From Octopus vulgaris (lineage: Eukaryota): a DNA stretch of 64,000 nucleotides. Position 1 is the stretch's first letter. Each line of letters begins with the position of its first letter. The position numbers were made by a program, and so were the translations under genes. Positions 11,766-23,937 of this stretch are shown in pieces. Location of the stretch: the NCBI GenBank assembly GCA_951406725.2, contig OX597824.1:84134001-84198000 (forward strand), read 5' to 3'. Below the pieces are notes generated by a model. The model had not been told where the DNA came from. It worked only from the letters and a program-made list of their open reading frames with translations, and did not search any database.

Positions 11766-12557
11766 TGTGCCAGGTGGAAAAGAGAGACACAACAGACTCG
11801 AATGTTTGAGAGAAGATTTATTGATATGTTAACGTGAGTCTTGTGTCTGCGTGTGCGTCATGTATACAGAATAATAGACAGGCCGTCATGAGAACAAAGT
11901 GTATGTGCGTATAGGCATGAATGTATGCGTGTGCGTTAAGTACATATAAGAACAACAATGAAGACAGGGAAAGAGTCTATAATGAGAAGTTAGACGAATG
12001 TTCGTAGACACAAGAATGAGAAATACCAGTTCATAGTCAATTGTACGCAGTAATTGAAATACTGTATCAAGAAGTTGTGGCGATGATGCAGAGCCTGTTG
12101 CAGTACATGTCGTACAAAGCTGTGACTGTAATGTTGCTGCCTAGGTCACTTGTACAGGAGTTCTCGTAGGTTGTATTTGCTGTTAGCCATGGTGAAGTAA
12201 TTCACAAACAGTGTTGTGTTAGAACTCGTGCAGTGTTGCTGGTTAAGCTGTGTACGTAGAGATGTTGTTGACGTCGTTAAGAAGATAGTAGTGACGAAGA
12301 AAGAGATTGCCGTAATGCTGTTGGACGGATGTTGTCGTCTGGTGCACAGGTTGTATCTTTGCTGTTAAACCATGGTGAAAGAATTCACGAACAATGCTGT
12401 GTTGAAACCTGGGCGTCTGGCGTTGTCACTGGAACTGGCTGTGTCTTGTGTGGTCAGTAGCTAGACCTTAGAAGGTCTAGAGCCAAAGACTTCGAGACAA
12501 GGAGAAGGTGAGTTTTCAGTAATTAATATTACATGATTCATGTGATCTCCAGCGACA
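11766..12557 (-). mobile_element. Possible solo LTR
   Basis: TG...CA ends, AATAAA about 50 nt from the 3' end, internal ~55-bp direct repeat; no TSD found. Confidence 0.3.
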
Positions 12558-12839
12558 TCGTTGATAACTTTAAGTATTAGATAGATCAGATCTTTTCTCA
12601 TTCTTGTTGGGAATAATCTGTTGCTCAATGAAAGCTTCGAGAAAGTAGCAAAATTTTTTGCGAATTATAATTTTAAAATGTTTTTGAATAGGATATATTC
12701 CGGAGTCTTCACTGCTAAGTCAGCTAAAATTGGAGACACACGAATTTAGCGATAGCAGGAGCGGTAGTTTGTTTATATTATTTTTTACACCGATTCTAGC
12801 TGATTTTGGCCAATTCTCAGTGTTTTAGGAGGAACGAGG

Positions 12840-13060
12840 ACCATTCGACTTTTTTTTTTTTTTTTTTTTACAAAAGATGCTTGTTGTCGGAGCTGTTTCA
12901 CCGTGAAGGTATTTAAATTGGGATGAACTTCATCCCAGTATTGTTGTAACCGCTTCATGTATCCGACTGAAGGGTCATCTCGGACTTTTTCATAACACCG
13001 AAGTAAATCTTGGTTTAGTCGTTGAGTCCAAGTAAAGTGAGATGAGTACTTACGACTTTG
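12840..13060 (-). mobile_element. N-terminal fragment of an R4/Dong-like non-LTR retrotransposon ORF
   Basis: WTQRLNQDLLRCY...GYMKRLQQYWDEVHP...KQLRQQA resembles the Myb-like N-terminus of R4/Dong elements (recalled, not searched). Confidence 0.6.
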
Positions 13061-13488
13061 AATTAATTTTAAATACAACAAAGAATTTAGTAAAATAACT
13101 TAGTTATCATCAAGCTAGTGTTAGGAACATAAATTGTGACTAAGGTTTGGTGGAAGATTTTAATTCAGAACTTATAAAAACAAGACATTTGTGCGACAGA
13201 GCCAGAGCTGGTTTCAGGTGGGTTGATATCAAAAGGGTTAATGCATCAGCATCGGTGCTTTTAACCCTTTTATTCCCATATTTCTGTTGAGATGCTCTGT
13301 GTTTCTTTCAATTAATTTTAAATACAACAAAGAATTTAGTAAAATAACTTAGTTATCATCAAGCTAGTGTTAGGAACATAAGTTGTGACTAAGGTTTGGT
13401 GGAAGATTTTAATTCAGAACTTATAAAAACAAGACATTTGTACTACAGAACCAGAGCCGGTTTTAGCCAGGTTGGTAATGAAAGGGTT
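13060..13488 (+). mobile_element. Two adjacent piggyBac-like MITE family 1 copies
   Basis: 13060-13241 ends AAAGGGTTAA; 13261-13488 begins TTAACCCTTT. Other copies at 43155-43370, 44435-44650 and degraded minus-strand copies at 62470-62950. Confidence 0.8.
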
Positions 13489-13660
13489 GTGGCTCTGTTT
13501 TCATCAGTGGTAACTTTGTTAGTTTCATCTACTGTGGCGTTAATTTCATTTGTGGTGGTGTTAGTTTCAGCCATAATCGTGTTAGCGAGATTCCACATGG
13601 TGTAGATGTTATTTTTAAAGATCTGTTCAGGATAACGCTAAAAGGCGTTTCTCTTATTAA

Positions 13661-13760
13661 NNNNNNNNNNNNNNNNNNNNNNNNNNNNNNNNNNNNNNNN
13701 NNNNNNNNNNNNNNNNNNNNNNNNNNNNNNNNNNNNNNNNNNNNNNNNNNNNNNNNNNNN
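13661..13760. other. Assembly gap (100 N)
   Basis: Run of N. Confidence 1.
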
Positions 13761-14046
13761 AAGGAATCTTGCATACCATTATATAACATGTTTTGCGTGT
13801 TCACTCGTGGAAATAACGCCATAAACAAACTTTATGATAATAGCGAAGCGTTATTCATCTGCTAAATAATACAGTGGACAAAATAAACACATCACGGATT
13901 CTGGTGGTTGTATAGTTCATCCATCGTTTGAGTATTCAGCTCTGGCCATCATTAGTTACATGTGTTTCGCTATAATGGCAGGAAAATAACAAAACTCGCC
14001 TTCCTGAAAATCTCTCACCTCTCTGTCATAGCTACTTTATTAACTC

Positions 14047-14417
14047 AGGCGTAGGAGTGGCTGTGTGGTAAGTAGCTTGCTTACCAACCACATGGTTCCG
14101 GGTTCAGTCCCACTGCGTGGCACCTTGGGCAAGTGTCTTCTACTATAGCCTTGGACCGACCAAAGCCTTGTGAGTGGATTTGGTAGACGGAAACCGAAAG
14201 AAGCCCGTCGTATATATGTTTGTATTTGTGTCCCCCCCCCTAACATCGCTTGACAACCGATGCTGGTGCATTTACGTCCCCGTAACTTAGCGGTTCGGCA
14301 AAAGATACTGATAGAATAAGTACTTGGCTTACAAAGAATAAGTCATGGGGTCAATTTGCTCGACTAAAAGCGGTGCTCCAGCATGGCTACAGTCAAATGA
14401 CTGAAACAAGTAAAAGG
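14047..14417 (+). mobile_element. SINE family B
   Basis: Full-length copy. Confidence 0.9.
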
Positions 14418-14938
14418 GTCAATATATATAATCCGAAGTAGGCTCCAGCGTAGATTCAGGTTAGTTGTTGTAGAATGTATTACGTACAATGATCAGCTTT
14501 AAAAAGAGGAACCTTTCCCGCTCCAGTGAAGTGGGATATGCAGTTGGATTTGGATCTCGGCGGAGAGGAAATTTATTTCGCAGGTAGCCTTGACATATTA
14601 CGTCTGTTCCTTTCTTCCAGCAGAAGTCATGACACGTATTTGTTTTCCTGTTCTATACCGCATACATCATCAAGTACCGACTGCATGAGCATCAATATGT
14701 ATATTTTCTGACAGTATCATTCAAGCAATTTTGCTGTGTCTATGCTCTATAACGGGTTGAATAGATCGTTGAGAGAGAGAGAGAGAGATAAACTTACTTG
14801 GAAATGGATGCGTGGCGTTCAATCAAATCATGAAATAAATAATATATATATATACACACACTTTGCTAGAAATAAGAGCTAAAATGCTCTAATGCTGTAG
14901 TCAAAGCGCATAATTGTGTGTGTGTATATATATATATA

Positions 14939-15211
14939 TCACCGTGACCGACCAGGCTATCAGATGTTGCTACACATCGCTGATCACAATGTGCTTCGCA
15001 TTGTTTTAGCCTTCAAATGATTCCACCCCGCTGGCTAAGCGAGCAGGCCAACAGAAGAAAGAGTTGGAGAAAGTTGTGGCGAAAGAGTGCAGTAGGGATC
15101 GCCGGAGCCTCGTGGAGCTTTAGGTGTTTTCGCTTAATAAACACTCACAGCGCCCGGTCTAGGAATCTAAACCGCGAGTCCGCTGCCCTAACTACTGGGT
15201 TATTGCGCTCC
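14939..15211 (-). mobile_element. SINE family A2 (family A head with a different 3' tail)
   Basis: Head and body match family A; tail differs and is shared with 59729-60017. Confidence 0.85.
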
Positions 15212-15689
15212 ACTATATGCATGAGAATACATACATAAAGCAAAACATACAAATCTATACATACATACCAACAAACAAACAAAAATACCCTGTTGTTTGA
15301 TGTTGAAATTCCAATTAAGGAGCCTTGAATCTAGGTTAGAAACCGATTATTTCTCTGTTGGCAAGAAATCTTGAAATAAAACTGAACACTGACATACATA
15401 CACACACAAAAGGAGGTATTGTAACATGCAACACCCAACCGAAATCCGGCTCAGCATTAGATTCCAAATCCACTCTAGTATCAAATATAATACAATGCGG
15501 AGCATCAAGCTTGGGATAGGCTAGAGTGTGGAATAAAAGCCAAATACCAAAAGAAATAATCAGCAGAAAACAGGTGCTGTAGTCAAACTTTTATAGGATA
15601 TACAGTCGCCTCAGCAAAAAACTGAAATAGTGACGTAAATATTGTAGAAACATTATGCAACCATGCATTTCAGCTCGTCATCATAGCGG

Positions 15690-15774
15690 GACACTGATGA
15701 GGTAAATGCATGATTACATAATGCTTCTATTAATATGTAATTATTTCGTCGTGTTATTGAAACACGTGTATGTT
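15690..15774 (+). ncRNA. Minimal type I hammerhead ribozyme motif with canonical core
   Basis: GACA-CTGATGA-long stem II (TGATTACATA/TATGTAATTA)-GAAAC-ACGT-GTA-TGTT; palindromic loop III. Confidence 0.65.
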
Positions 15775-15868
15775 ATTCAAAGCTTTGAATATTACACGGT
15801 TTCCACTTTTTACATGTGCGTGCGTGTCTGTGTTAGTATGGGTATGTGTGCGTGCGTGTGTGTGTGTA

Positions 15869-16153
15869 AGGCGCATGGCTTAGGGAATAAGGAATTCGGC
15901 TCACAGTCGTGAGTTCTATTCCCGGCAAGGCGTTGTATCCTTCTGGAAGACATTTTATTTCTCGTTGCTCTTGTCCACTCAGCTGGTCAAAATGTAGTTC
16001 AATGGGCCAGCCTTGTCACAATCTGAGCCACACTGGATCTCCCTGAGAACTACGTTAAGGGCACGCGTGTATGTGGTGTGCTCAGCCACTTGCACGTTAA
16101 TTTTACAAGCAGGCTGTTCTGTTGATCGGATCAGCTGGAACACTCGTCGTCGT
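15869..16153 (+). mobile_element. Older SINE family D (CORE-like head plus family A tail)
   Basis: tRNA-like head, TTGCTC..GTCCACTCAGCTGG motif, then the family A tail; similar copy at 46170-46488. Confidence 0.7.
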
Positions 16154-16399
16154 ATATGAGTTATACATGTGTGTGTAAGACAGTTTCTGTCTGCCAAATT
16201 TACTAACAAGGTATTGATTGGCCCGGGACAAGAGTAGAATACATTTGCCTAAGGTACCGCACAGAAGACATTTGCCAAAGGTACCCTAAATTACGTGGTT
16301 ACAAGACGATTCTCTTAACCATGTCCACGCCTGCGGCCCGTAGACTTTTATATTAATTAGTTAGAAGGTATGAAGTGATGTCCATCATTATTGAAGACC

Positions 16400-17620
16400 A
16401 TTCCAGATTGGTGAAAACAAACTGAGCGGTGTTCAGTTTAAGTCCAAAAGATCAATATCTGAATGACAAATGTGGATGAAGGGGAAATTCCAGTACGGTA
16501 ACAATATGAGGGCATGAATTTTTGAACAAAGTGTTTATTGTTCAGACCTTTCATGTCGATTTTGTCATGAAATTTGTGAGTTCACTATGAGAGATGGTCA
16601 GAAATTCGGGGAGTGTGACGAGTGATTTTGAGGAATTTAGTGGTGTGTTGTTTGCGATTAAAGTGGATATAGTACTGCAGCACTGTTTCTTTGAAGTGTT
16701 TAACGAGTGTGCCTCTGACCAACTTTTCATATTACTGTTTTGTCAATCCTGATCAAGCAAACCTATGTATGATAAAAGGTATTCCAGCCATAAAAGGTAT
16801 TTAAGGCGGCGAGCTGGCAGAAACGTTAGCACGCCGGGCGAAATGCTTAGCAGTATTTCGTCTGCCGTTACGTTCTAAGTTCAAATTCCGCCGAGGTCGA
16901 CTTTGCCTTTCATCCTTTCGGGGTCGATAAATTAAGTACCAGTTACGCACTGGGGTCGATGGAATCGACTTAATACCTATGTTTGTCCCCTCTGTGTTTA
17001 GCCCCTTGTGGGTAGTAAAGAAATAGGTATTCCAGCCATGAGCGTACAGTCTTTTATTTCAGAGTGTATCCAGGGCTGCATCATCCAGTGGGTCCTCATT
17101 TTTAAGATGATGAAGTACAATTTGAAATTGATCAAACGGTCTCCTCCAGTAATTCGATCTGACCAATTAGAATGTATCCATAGGTGGATGTTTTCAGAGG
17201 TTATCGTTGTGGAAGCGTTGCAGCTCTGATACGAAGTGTTTAGGTTGTGTGGTAGAATGAAACTTATGTGCCAAAGGTTAAAATAGGAACGAGGAGTTGT
17301 ATCATCTGTGTAGGAGTGTGTTTTGTTAGAAACGACAGGAAAAAACCAGTATGTGCATAATAAACCCGTGTTAGATATAAAGTGATTTTTCGGGTATATC
17401 AAAGTTGATTGACCGTCGATCAATCCTGGCTGACGCAAAACTTCCAACCAAAAGATGAGAGACTGGCAAAGGTAAACAACATAGCTAGGAAGTGCTCTTA
17501 CACGACACGACAAATGTCTTGGAGGCGTTCTAAACAGCAAGAGATAACCGATGTGAGGTGTAAGTCTTCAAAATCTGATAGATGAAGGTGTGGCTATTTG
17601 CGACTGATCCGATCATTGAA
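16400..17620 (-). pseudogene. Heavily degraded CR1/Jockey-group reverse transcriptase relic interrupted by younger repeats
   Basis: Minus frame has HSYTDDTT (YADD-like) preceded by ALPSY...LIDGQS, and a WSEAHSLNTSKKQ-like segment near 16680-16730. Confidence 0.5.
16804..17025 (+). mobile_element. SINE family C
   Basis: Full-length; AGGTATTCCAGCCAT present on both sides (probable TSD). Confidence 0.88.
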
Positions 17621-17739
17621 GTAAAGCAATAGGGTGAGAAAAAGGTTAGGATAGTCAGAGAGGTGGGGTTAGGATGGTCAGGGGAAGAAAGGGTTAGAGA
17701 AAGTGATAGGGAGCGGTTAGCTTGGGAAGAGTGTAGATT

Positions 17740-17880
17740 ATTATCATCATTGTTCGACCGTGATCGAGACAATGGAATTTACCATGTTACGCCAGACTTC
17801 ACGGTCCATCATAGCATTATGGAGGTCCTGTTGCTGGATGTCTGTATCCCTGGAGATTACATCAGGGTAGGAGAGTGCAG
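17740..17880 (-). mobile_element. RTE-like LINE extreme 3' end, third family
   Basis: SYPDVISRDT...AMMDREVWRNMV..EQ* followed by a TGATGATAA tail. Confidence 0.65.
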
Positions 17881-18238
17881 AAGGATCAGAGGGAAAGAGA
17901 GAAATTAGCAGGGTATAGCGAGAGGTTTGCACAGGGCCGTAACAAGATCAAAAAGTGGTTATGCTTCTTCTTGGGTAGGGAACACACTGTTCATATGTAT
18001 ACACAGTTTAATTAAATGCAATATTAGCAGGAACGAATTAACGAAACATATGCATCCTTCTGCAAATGGCCTTCATAGAATGGTCGCATCGAGAAGATGC
18101 AATCAAAAAGCACAATATGCCAAGAAAGTGCAGGAGATCAAAACCCGTGCTATACAGACAATATCTCGAGTGTGCAGTGAAGAGATAGAAGAAGGTGTGC
18201 AGGAAAATTCTTTCTCGAACTGTCAATGAATGAGTAAG

Positions 18239-18294
<56 letters not shown>

Positions 18295-18399
18295 GTTGTG
18301 TGTGTGCGTGCGTGTTTGCTTCTGTGTGTGTGTAACGTGTGCAGTAGAGTGTAACACAGACACTTGAATGATGCAGCAGTGTCTTTCAAACGCGTAGCT

Positions 18400-18960
18400 G
18401 ATGTAGGGATGTGGAATCGCGAAAGAGCAGTTGAAAAGCAGCCTTTCGTGTCAGGTGAACAATGCTGCTATAGTTGATTGATCAACAGAGGAGAGATGGG
18501 GGAAGAAAGAGAGAGAGAGAGAGAGAGCGCGCGAAAGAAAGAGAAAGAGAGTGAAAGATTGTGTCTGTTTGAGAGAGAGAGAGGGGGGAGACAGACGGAG
18601 AAAGAGAGACAGGTTGTATGCGTAAGGGAGGGAGGGAGGGAGAGAGCATGGGTGTAGGTAAGGGAGAAAGTCTGATAATGTGTTTAAGGGAGAAAGTATG
18701 TGAAAGAGAAAGAGAGAGAGAGAGAGAATGTGTGCGTGTGAGGGAAAATGTGAATGTATGGAAGAAAGTGTAAAAGAGAAAGAGAATTGGTATGGGTATG
18801 GGTGTAGAAATGGGGAAATGTGTAAGAAGGAGAGTGTGTCTAAGATAGAAAGTGTGTAAGGGAGAGAGTGTGTGTGTGTCAACGAGAAAGGTATGAGCGA
18901 GAAAAAGAAAGAAAGAATAAGGGAGAGAGAGATAGAGATAGAGAAAGAAAGAAAGAAAAA

Positions 18961-18998
<38 letters not shown>

Positions 18999-20528
18999 TG
19001 TTCAGCAGAAAGAGGCAAGCAGTAGATGTGCAGCCAAAGTGCAGTAGAATTGCAGTAGACGTAGTGTTAGTAGCGCGGCCTTCGGTTTGTTTTACTCGAG
19101 TAGTGGCTGGTCGCCTTGCAGTCAAGGGCTTTAATTAGTAGTGGACAGTGCCTGTAGAAGATACGTAACCCTATTAGCTGCTGCGTTTAGTCCTGCTAGC
19201 AATGTATACATAATATAGATGCTATTCGTGTATATACATAATACTGTGTAGAGAGAACTGAAGACAGGCTGACAGGCATACAGAGAGGAAAAGTCTTACA
19301 AAGATCGCGGTATGGCTTTGGTGAAGGTTTGTTGACACACAAACACACGCATACGTTATACACATACATATATACCCATATATAGATAGCATAAGTATTC
19401 ACAGATACATACAAAGCCGTATACATACTCTGTCACACACACTCACACACACATATATATATGTATATATATGCACGCACTTGTACACACACTTGTTAGT
19501 TGCTATCGGTTGATGCGCGTGGGAGAGAAAGAGAGGGAGAGAGAAAGAGAGGGGGAGAGAGAGAGACAATAAGAGGATAGAAAGAGAATGTGGAAGTGTA
19601 TGTATGTGTGTATATAATATGTATGTATATAATACGAGTCTGTGTGTGTATGAGAGAGCCGAAGAGAAAGTATTGCAACGTAGTTTTGTAGTAGTTTTAT
19701 AAACCCATACAACCACACATACACAGAAACACACACACTGTGACATATATAATACATATAAACATATACTATATATATATAGTAGATATAAACATACATT
19801 AGTGTCATTTGTCGCGTGGTTATTTCATTTAAAACACACGTACATCCATACACTTATATATATATATATCATTATATACATGTACACAGATATACACACA
19901 ATTATGTTGTCTCATGGTTTATTTTGTTTAAAGGAAAACTAATTTTCCTTTTGTCTCTTCAATTCTCTCTCTTACTTTCAAAGCCCGGAGTTCTTTCGGG
20001 GTTTTTTTTTTTTTATTTAATCGTTCTTTTCTATCTCTTAATTAACTTTGAAATTCATTCTACAAACAATTAAAAGCAAAAACAAAAAAAAACAAACAAA
20101 AATAAACCTCTAAGCAGAATGAACAGGAAAGCCAAAAAAGCGATAACAAATACATAGTTCATAAAACGAAAGCCGAGGAGAAAGAAAATATATAGGAAAA
20201 TATACAGAAACTCAAAGAAAGAAAGAAAATTATTTTACAACAGAGAGATTTTATTTTTAAAAAAATAGAAAACTACGCAAGAATTTTTCCAAAATAGATT
20301 CAAAAATATATAATAACAACAAGGCCATAAGCAACAGGATATAGAATTGAACCAACAAACCGAGATTGTGAAGTGTCAATTTGAGACACAAATTACGGCT
20401 GAAATAACAGCAAAACTGAAGGAACAGAATAAGCAGACTCCGGAATTTACCGATTCGATCTCCGTTCTTATCAATCATTGTCACATTATATGTTATATAT
20501 ATATCAATAGAAAATATCAACATCAACG
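18400..20528 (+). promoter_or_regulatory. Putative promoter and 5'UTR region of CaMKI
   Basis: About 2 kb free of SINE insertions directly upstream of the coding exon; long GA-rich tract 18490-19000, CpG-containing unique sequence 19010-19200, possible weak donor CG|GTAGTT at 20529. TSS cannot be placed from sequence. Confidence 0.4.
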
Positions 20529-21029
20529 GTAGTTGTTATAATTTACCTTTTTAGTGACCATTATACAAATCTGACTTCCACTGATAAATATATATATATA
20601 TACACACACGCAACACATACATACATACATAGTCATTCACATATACACACACATACCATATATACATATATATATATACACATACATATACACCTATATA
20701 TACACATACAAATACATTTATATATACATACAAACATACAAATACATTGACATTATATACTCACATACATATATAAACATATATATATTTATATATATAT
20801 TTACATCTATATATATATCTATCTCTATATATATATATATATACGCACACAGCCTATATTGTATACATACATTTTACACTATACATATATATATACATAC
20901 ATGATCTCTCCACATATCAACATAAATGAATACATACATATATGATATACACATCTATATATCGACAGATAGATAAATTTTTAGATTGCATTTATAGATC
21001 GGCACATTATCAGATCAATAGATAAATAA

Positions 21030-21061
<32 letters not shown>

Positions 21062-21125
21062 TGATAGCTTTAATTCTAACCAATTCTTCCATCAACAACT
21101 CTTGTGGATATTTACCAATTCTGTC

Positions 21126-21220
21126 ATGCCACTGTTCAGTAGAAAACACGAAGCTGACAAGAAACATAACAGAGATACGGATATCAAAAAACGTTATGAA
21201 TTTAAAGAAACTCTGGGAAC
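21126..21220 (+). CDS. CaMKI: First coding exon of calcium/calmodulin-dependent protein kinase type I (N-terminus to start of the Gly-rich loop)
   Basis: Manual translation from ATG 21126: MPLFSRKHEADKKHNRDTDIKKRYEFKETLG + AC, followed by perfect donor GTAAGT at 21221. MPLF start resembles invertebrate CaMKI and DIKKRYEFKETLGT resembles vertebrate CAMK1D DIKKIFEFKETLGT(GAFSEV) (recalled, not searched). Phase-2 intron falls in the Thr codon of LGT|GAF. Candidate acceptor AG at 21066-21067. Confidence 0.88.
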
Positions 21221-22002
21221 GTAAGTAACTAATTTTTCTTTTCATTATCATATTAATATTGTATAATTTCTTATTTAAATCTTTTCCATTCTATAACGAC
21301 CGAGTATCTTCAATATCTTTTTTTCCTTCCTTTAAGCTTAACTTTTCCCCCCATCCCCACCTGTCTGTTTGGTAAATCTCCTAGATTCCTTTCATTTTAA
21401 GATCGTCTAGATTTATTCAGTTTATATAGTATGTAGTTTAGGGACCAGTTTATATAGTATGTTGTTTCTTTAGGGACCAGGTCAACTCTGATTATACACA
21501 ACTGTGATGAAAGATTTTTCGAACGTGATCACCCTGTCTTTTCGCGAAAAGTAAACCAATACATTCTTCTTTGTTTGAAACGATAGTCTGTAATTAAAGG
21601 GAGATTTGGCTGCTATTTCCTGCAAGTCGAATAAGTGAGAGAGAGAGAAAGAGAGACTATCATGAGTCCAGATTTATTCTTGTTATTTAAAGTTATTTTT
21701 ATTTATATATTATATAGATAAAAAAGAAGGGGGATATCTAGGTTACCGCAAAGGGCTTTCTTCTACTTTTTTCTATTTCAGAATCAGTGTCTCTTGAAAG
21801 AAATATTGTTATGAGGTTTATTAAAATGCTTTATTATGATCTTCTCTCCAACTAAATTGTGGCCTTGTGCCTATATTAGAAACATTTACTATAAGCGACT
21901 ATTATTATTATTATTATTATTGTTATTATTATTATTATTATTATTGTTGTTGTTGTTGTTGTTGTTGTTGTTAAATTAGTGAGCATTATTTATTGGCTTT
22001 TA

Positions 22003-22229
22003 AGGCGGCGGCGAGCTTGTAGAATCGTTAGCACATCGGACCAAATACCTAGCGGCATTTCGTCCGTCTTTACGTTCTGAGTTCAAATTCCGCCGAGGCC
22101 GAGTTTGCCTTTCATCTTTTCTGGGGTCGATGAAATAAGTGGCAGTAAGTGCTGGGATTGATGATCGATGTAACAGGTTTAACCCCACCTCCTTCAAATT
22201 GTCAGGTCCTGTGCCTTTAGTAGAAAGGA

Positions 22230-22288
<59 letters not shown>

Positions 22289-22630
22289 AAATTGGTTATT
22301 ATTTGTTGTCTTTGAGGCGGGCGAGCTGGTAGTGTCGTTGGCAACGTCGGACAAAGTGGTTAGTGGCCTTTCTACTGGCTTTTACGTTCTGAGTTCAAAT
22401 TCCCGCCGTGGTCCACTTTTGTCTTTCATCCTTTCTGGGTTCGATGAAATAAGTACCTGTTGTACGGTTGCACAAATTTCAGGCCTTGTGCTTATATTAG
22501 AAAGGATTGCGCGCCTTGCCTTCCAATCCTCCCGAGATCGATAAAATAAAGTACTGAGTGAGTTCAAGCCATAGGCTAAATTCCACTCCCGCAAAATTAC
22601 TAGCCTTGTGCCAATATTAGAAACAATTGT
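22003..22630 (+). mobile_element. SINE family C copies with alternative tail leading into (ATT)n
   Basis: 22003-22230, 22315-22510 and a fragment to 22630; tail GGCCTTGTGCCT..TAGAAA followed by ATT repeats. Confidence 0.75.
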
Positions 22631-22631
22631 G

Positions 22632-22902
<271 letters not shown>

Positions 22903-23221
22903 TCTCAACTTTTTTCACGGGGAAAATACTTCGTTACACACTTCTACATTCGGCACATAAATACATATACACTCACTCTCACCTTCTCTCTCTTTCTCTA
23001 TCTCTATCTCATACACACGCACACACACACACACATACACATACACGCACACATACACGCACACACACACACACACGCACACACCCACGTGTGTGTAACG
23101 CACTTTCATACATACGCCGCATACATAAACGACTCAAATATTTACAGATGCACATACATATACCACACGATCACACACATACACTCATATACATTAAACA
23201 TAATATCGCTTAAACATCTAC

Positions 23222-23256
<35 letters not shown>

Positions 23257-23429
23257 GTCACATACACAAACATACCGCGCATACACATATACACCAGATC
23301 CACAGACACGCACACACATGTATAACAAACGCATACACAATGAATTATCAGTTTGTTTATAAACATCATATCCGTTCTGGCTATGTTTCTTCTTTTTTTT
23401 TTTCAGTTTTACTTTCTTGATAAAGTATG

Positions 23430-23681
23430 AATAACGTATGTCTTATACAATATACGTAAGAATGTGCGTGTATATATGTGATCTCTTGAGCACCACCAGC
23501 AAAAAAATTTTTTTTCCTCTGTCTTCCCTTCTCGGGATCTCTCCTTCTCCTTTGTTTCCGACGAAGAGCTCCGCTCGAAACGTTAAACCCTCCTTCCCTT
23601 CTTTCCTGAGCGTCAAATAATACTTTAATTGTTCCACGTCCTCGCGTTGCTGTGTTTTTTTCTGTGTTTTCTAGTTTGGAT

Positions 23682-23754
<73 letters not shown>

Positions 23755-23937
23755 AGGGTTTACGAAAAAAACAACAAAAGACGAAGACAGGTGGTGTACA
23801 AAACAAATAGATGTATTAGTATAACGCTCAGGAATAGAAAAAGTCTTTTATGTTTCAAGCCTACGCTCTTCTACAGAAAGGGACACAGAAAAAAACAAGG
23901 AAAGAAAAAAATGTGTGTAGTGGCTAACGATCTATCA
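23430..23937. mobile_element. Tail-to-tail pair of related Penelope-like terminal-repeat remnants separated by (TA)n
   Basis: Plus copy CCGACGAAGAGCTCCGCTCGAAAC...TTCCTGAGCGTC; minus copy CTGTAGAAGAGCGTAGGCTTGAAAC...TTCCTGAGCGTT. Confidence 0.6.

Noticed and set aside
18451-19125. 224-aa minus-strand ORF near the putative promoter
   Set aside because: Low-complexity translation of the GA-rich tract with no domain.
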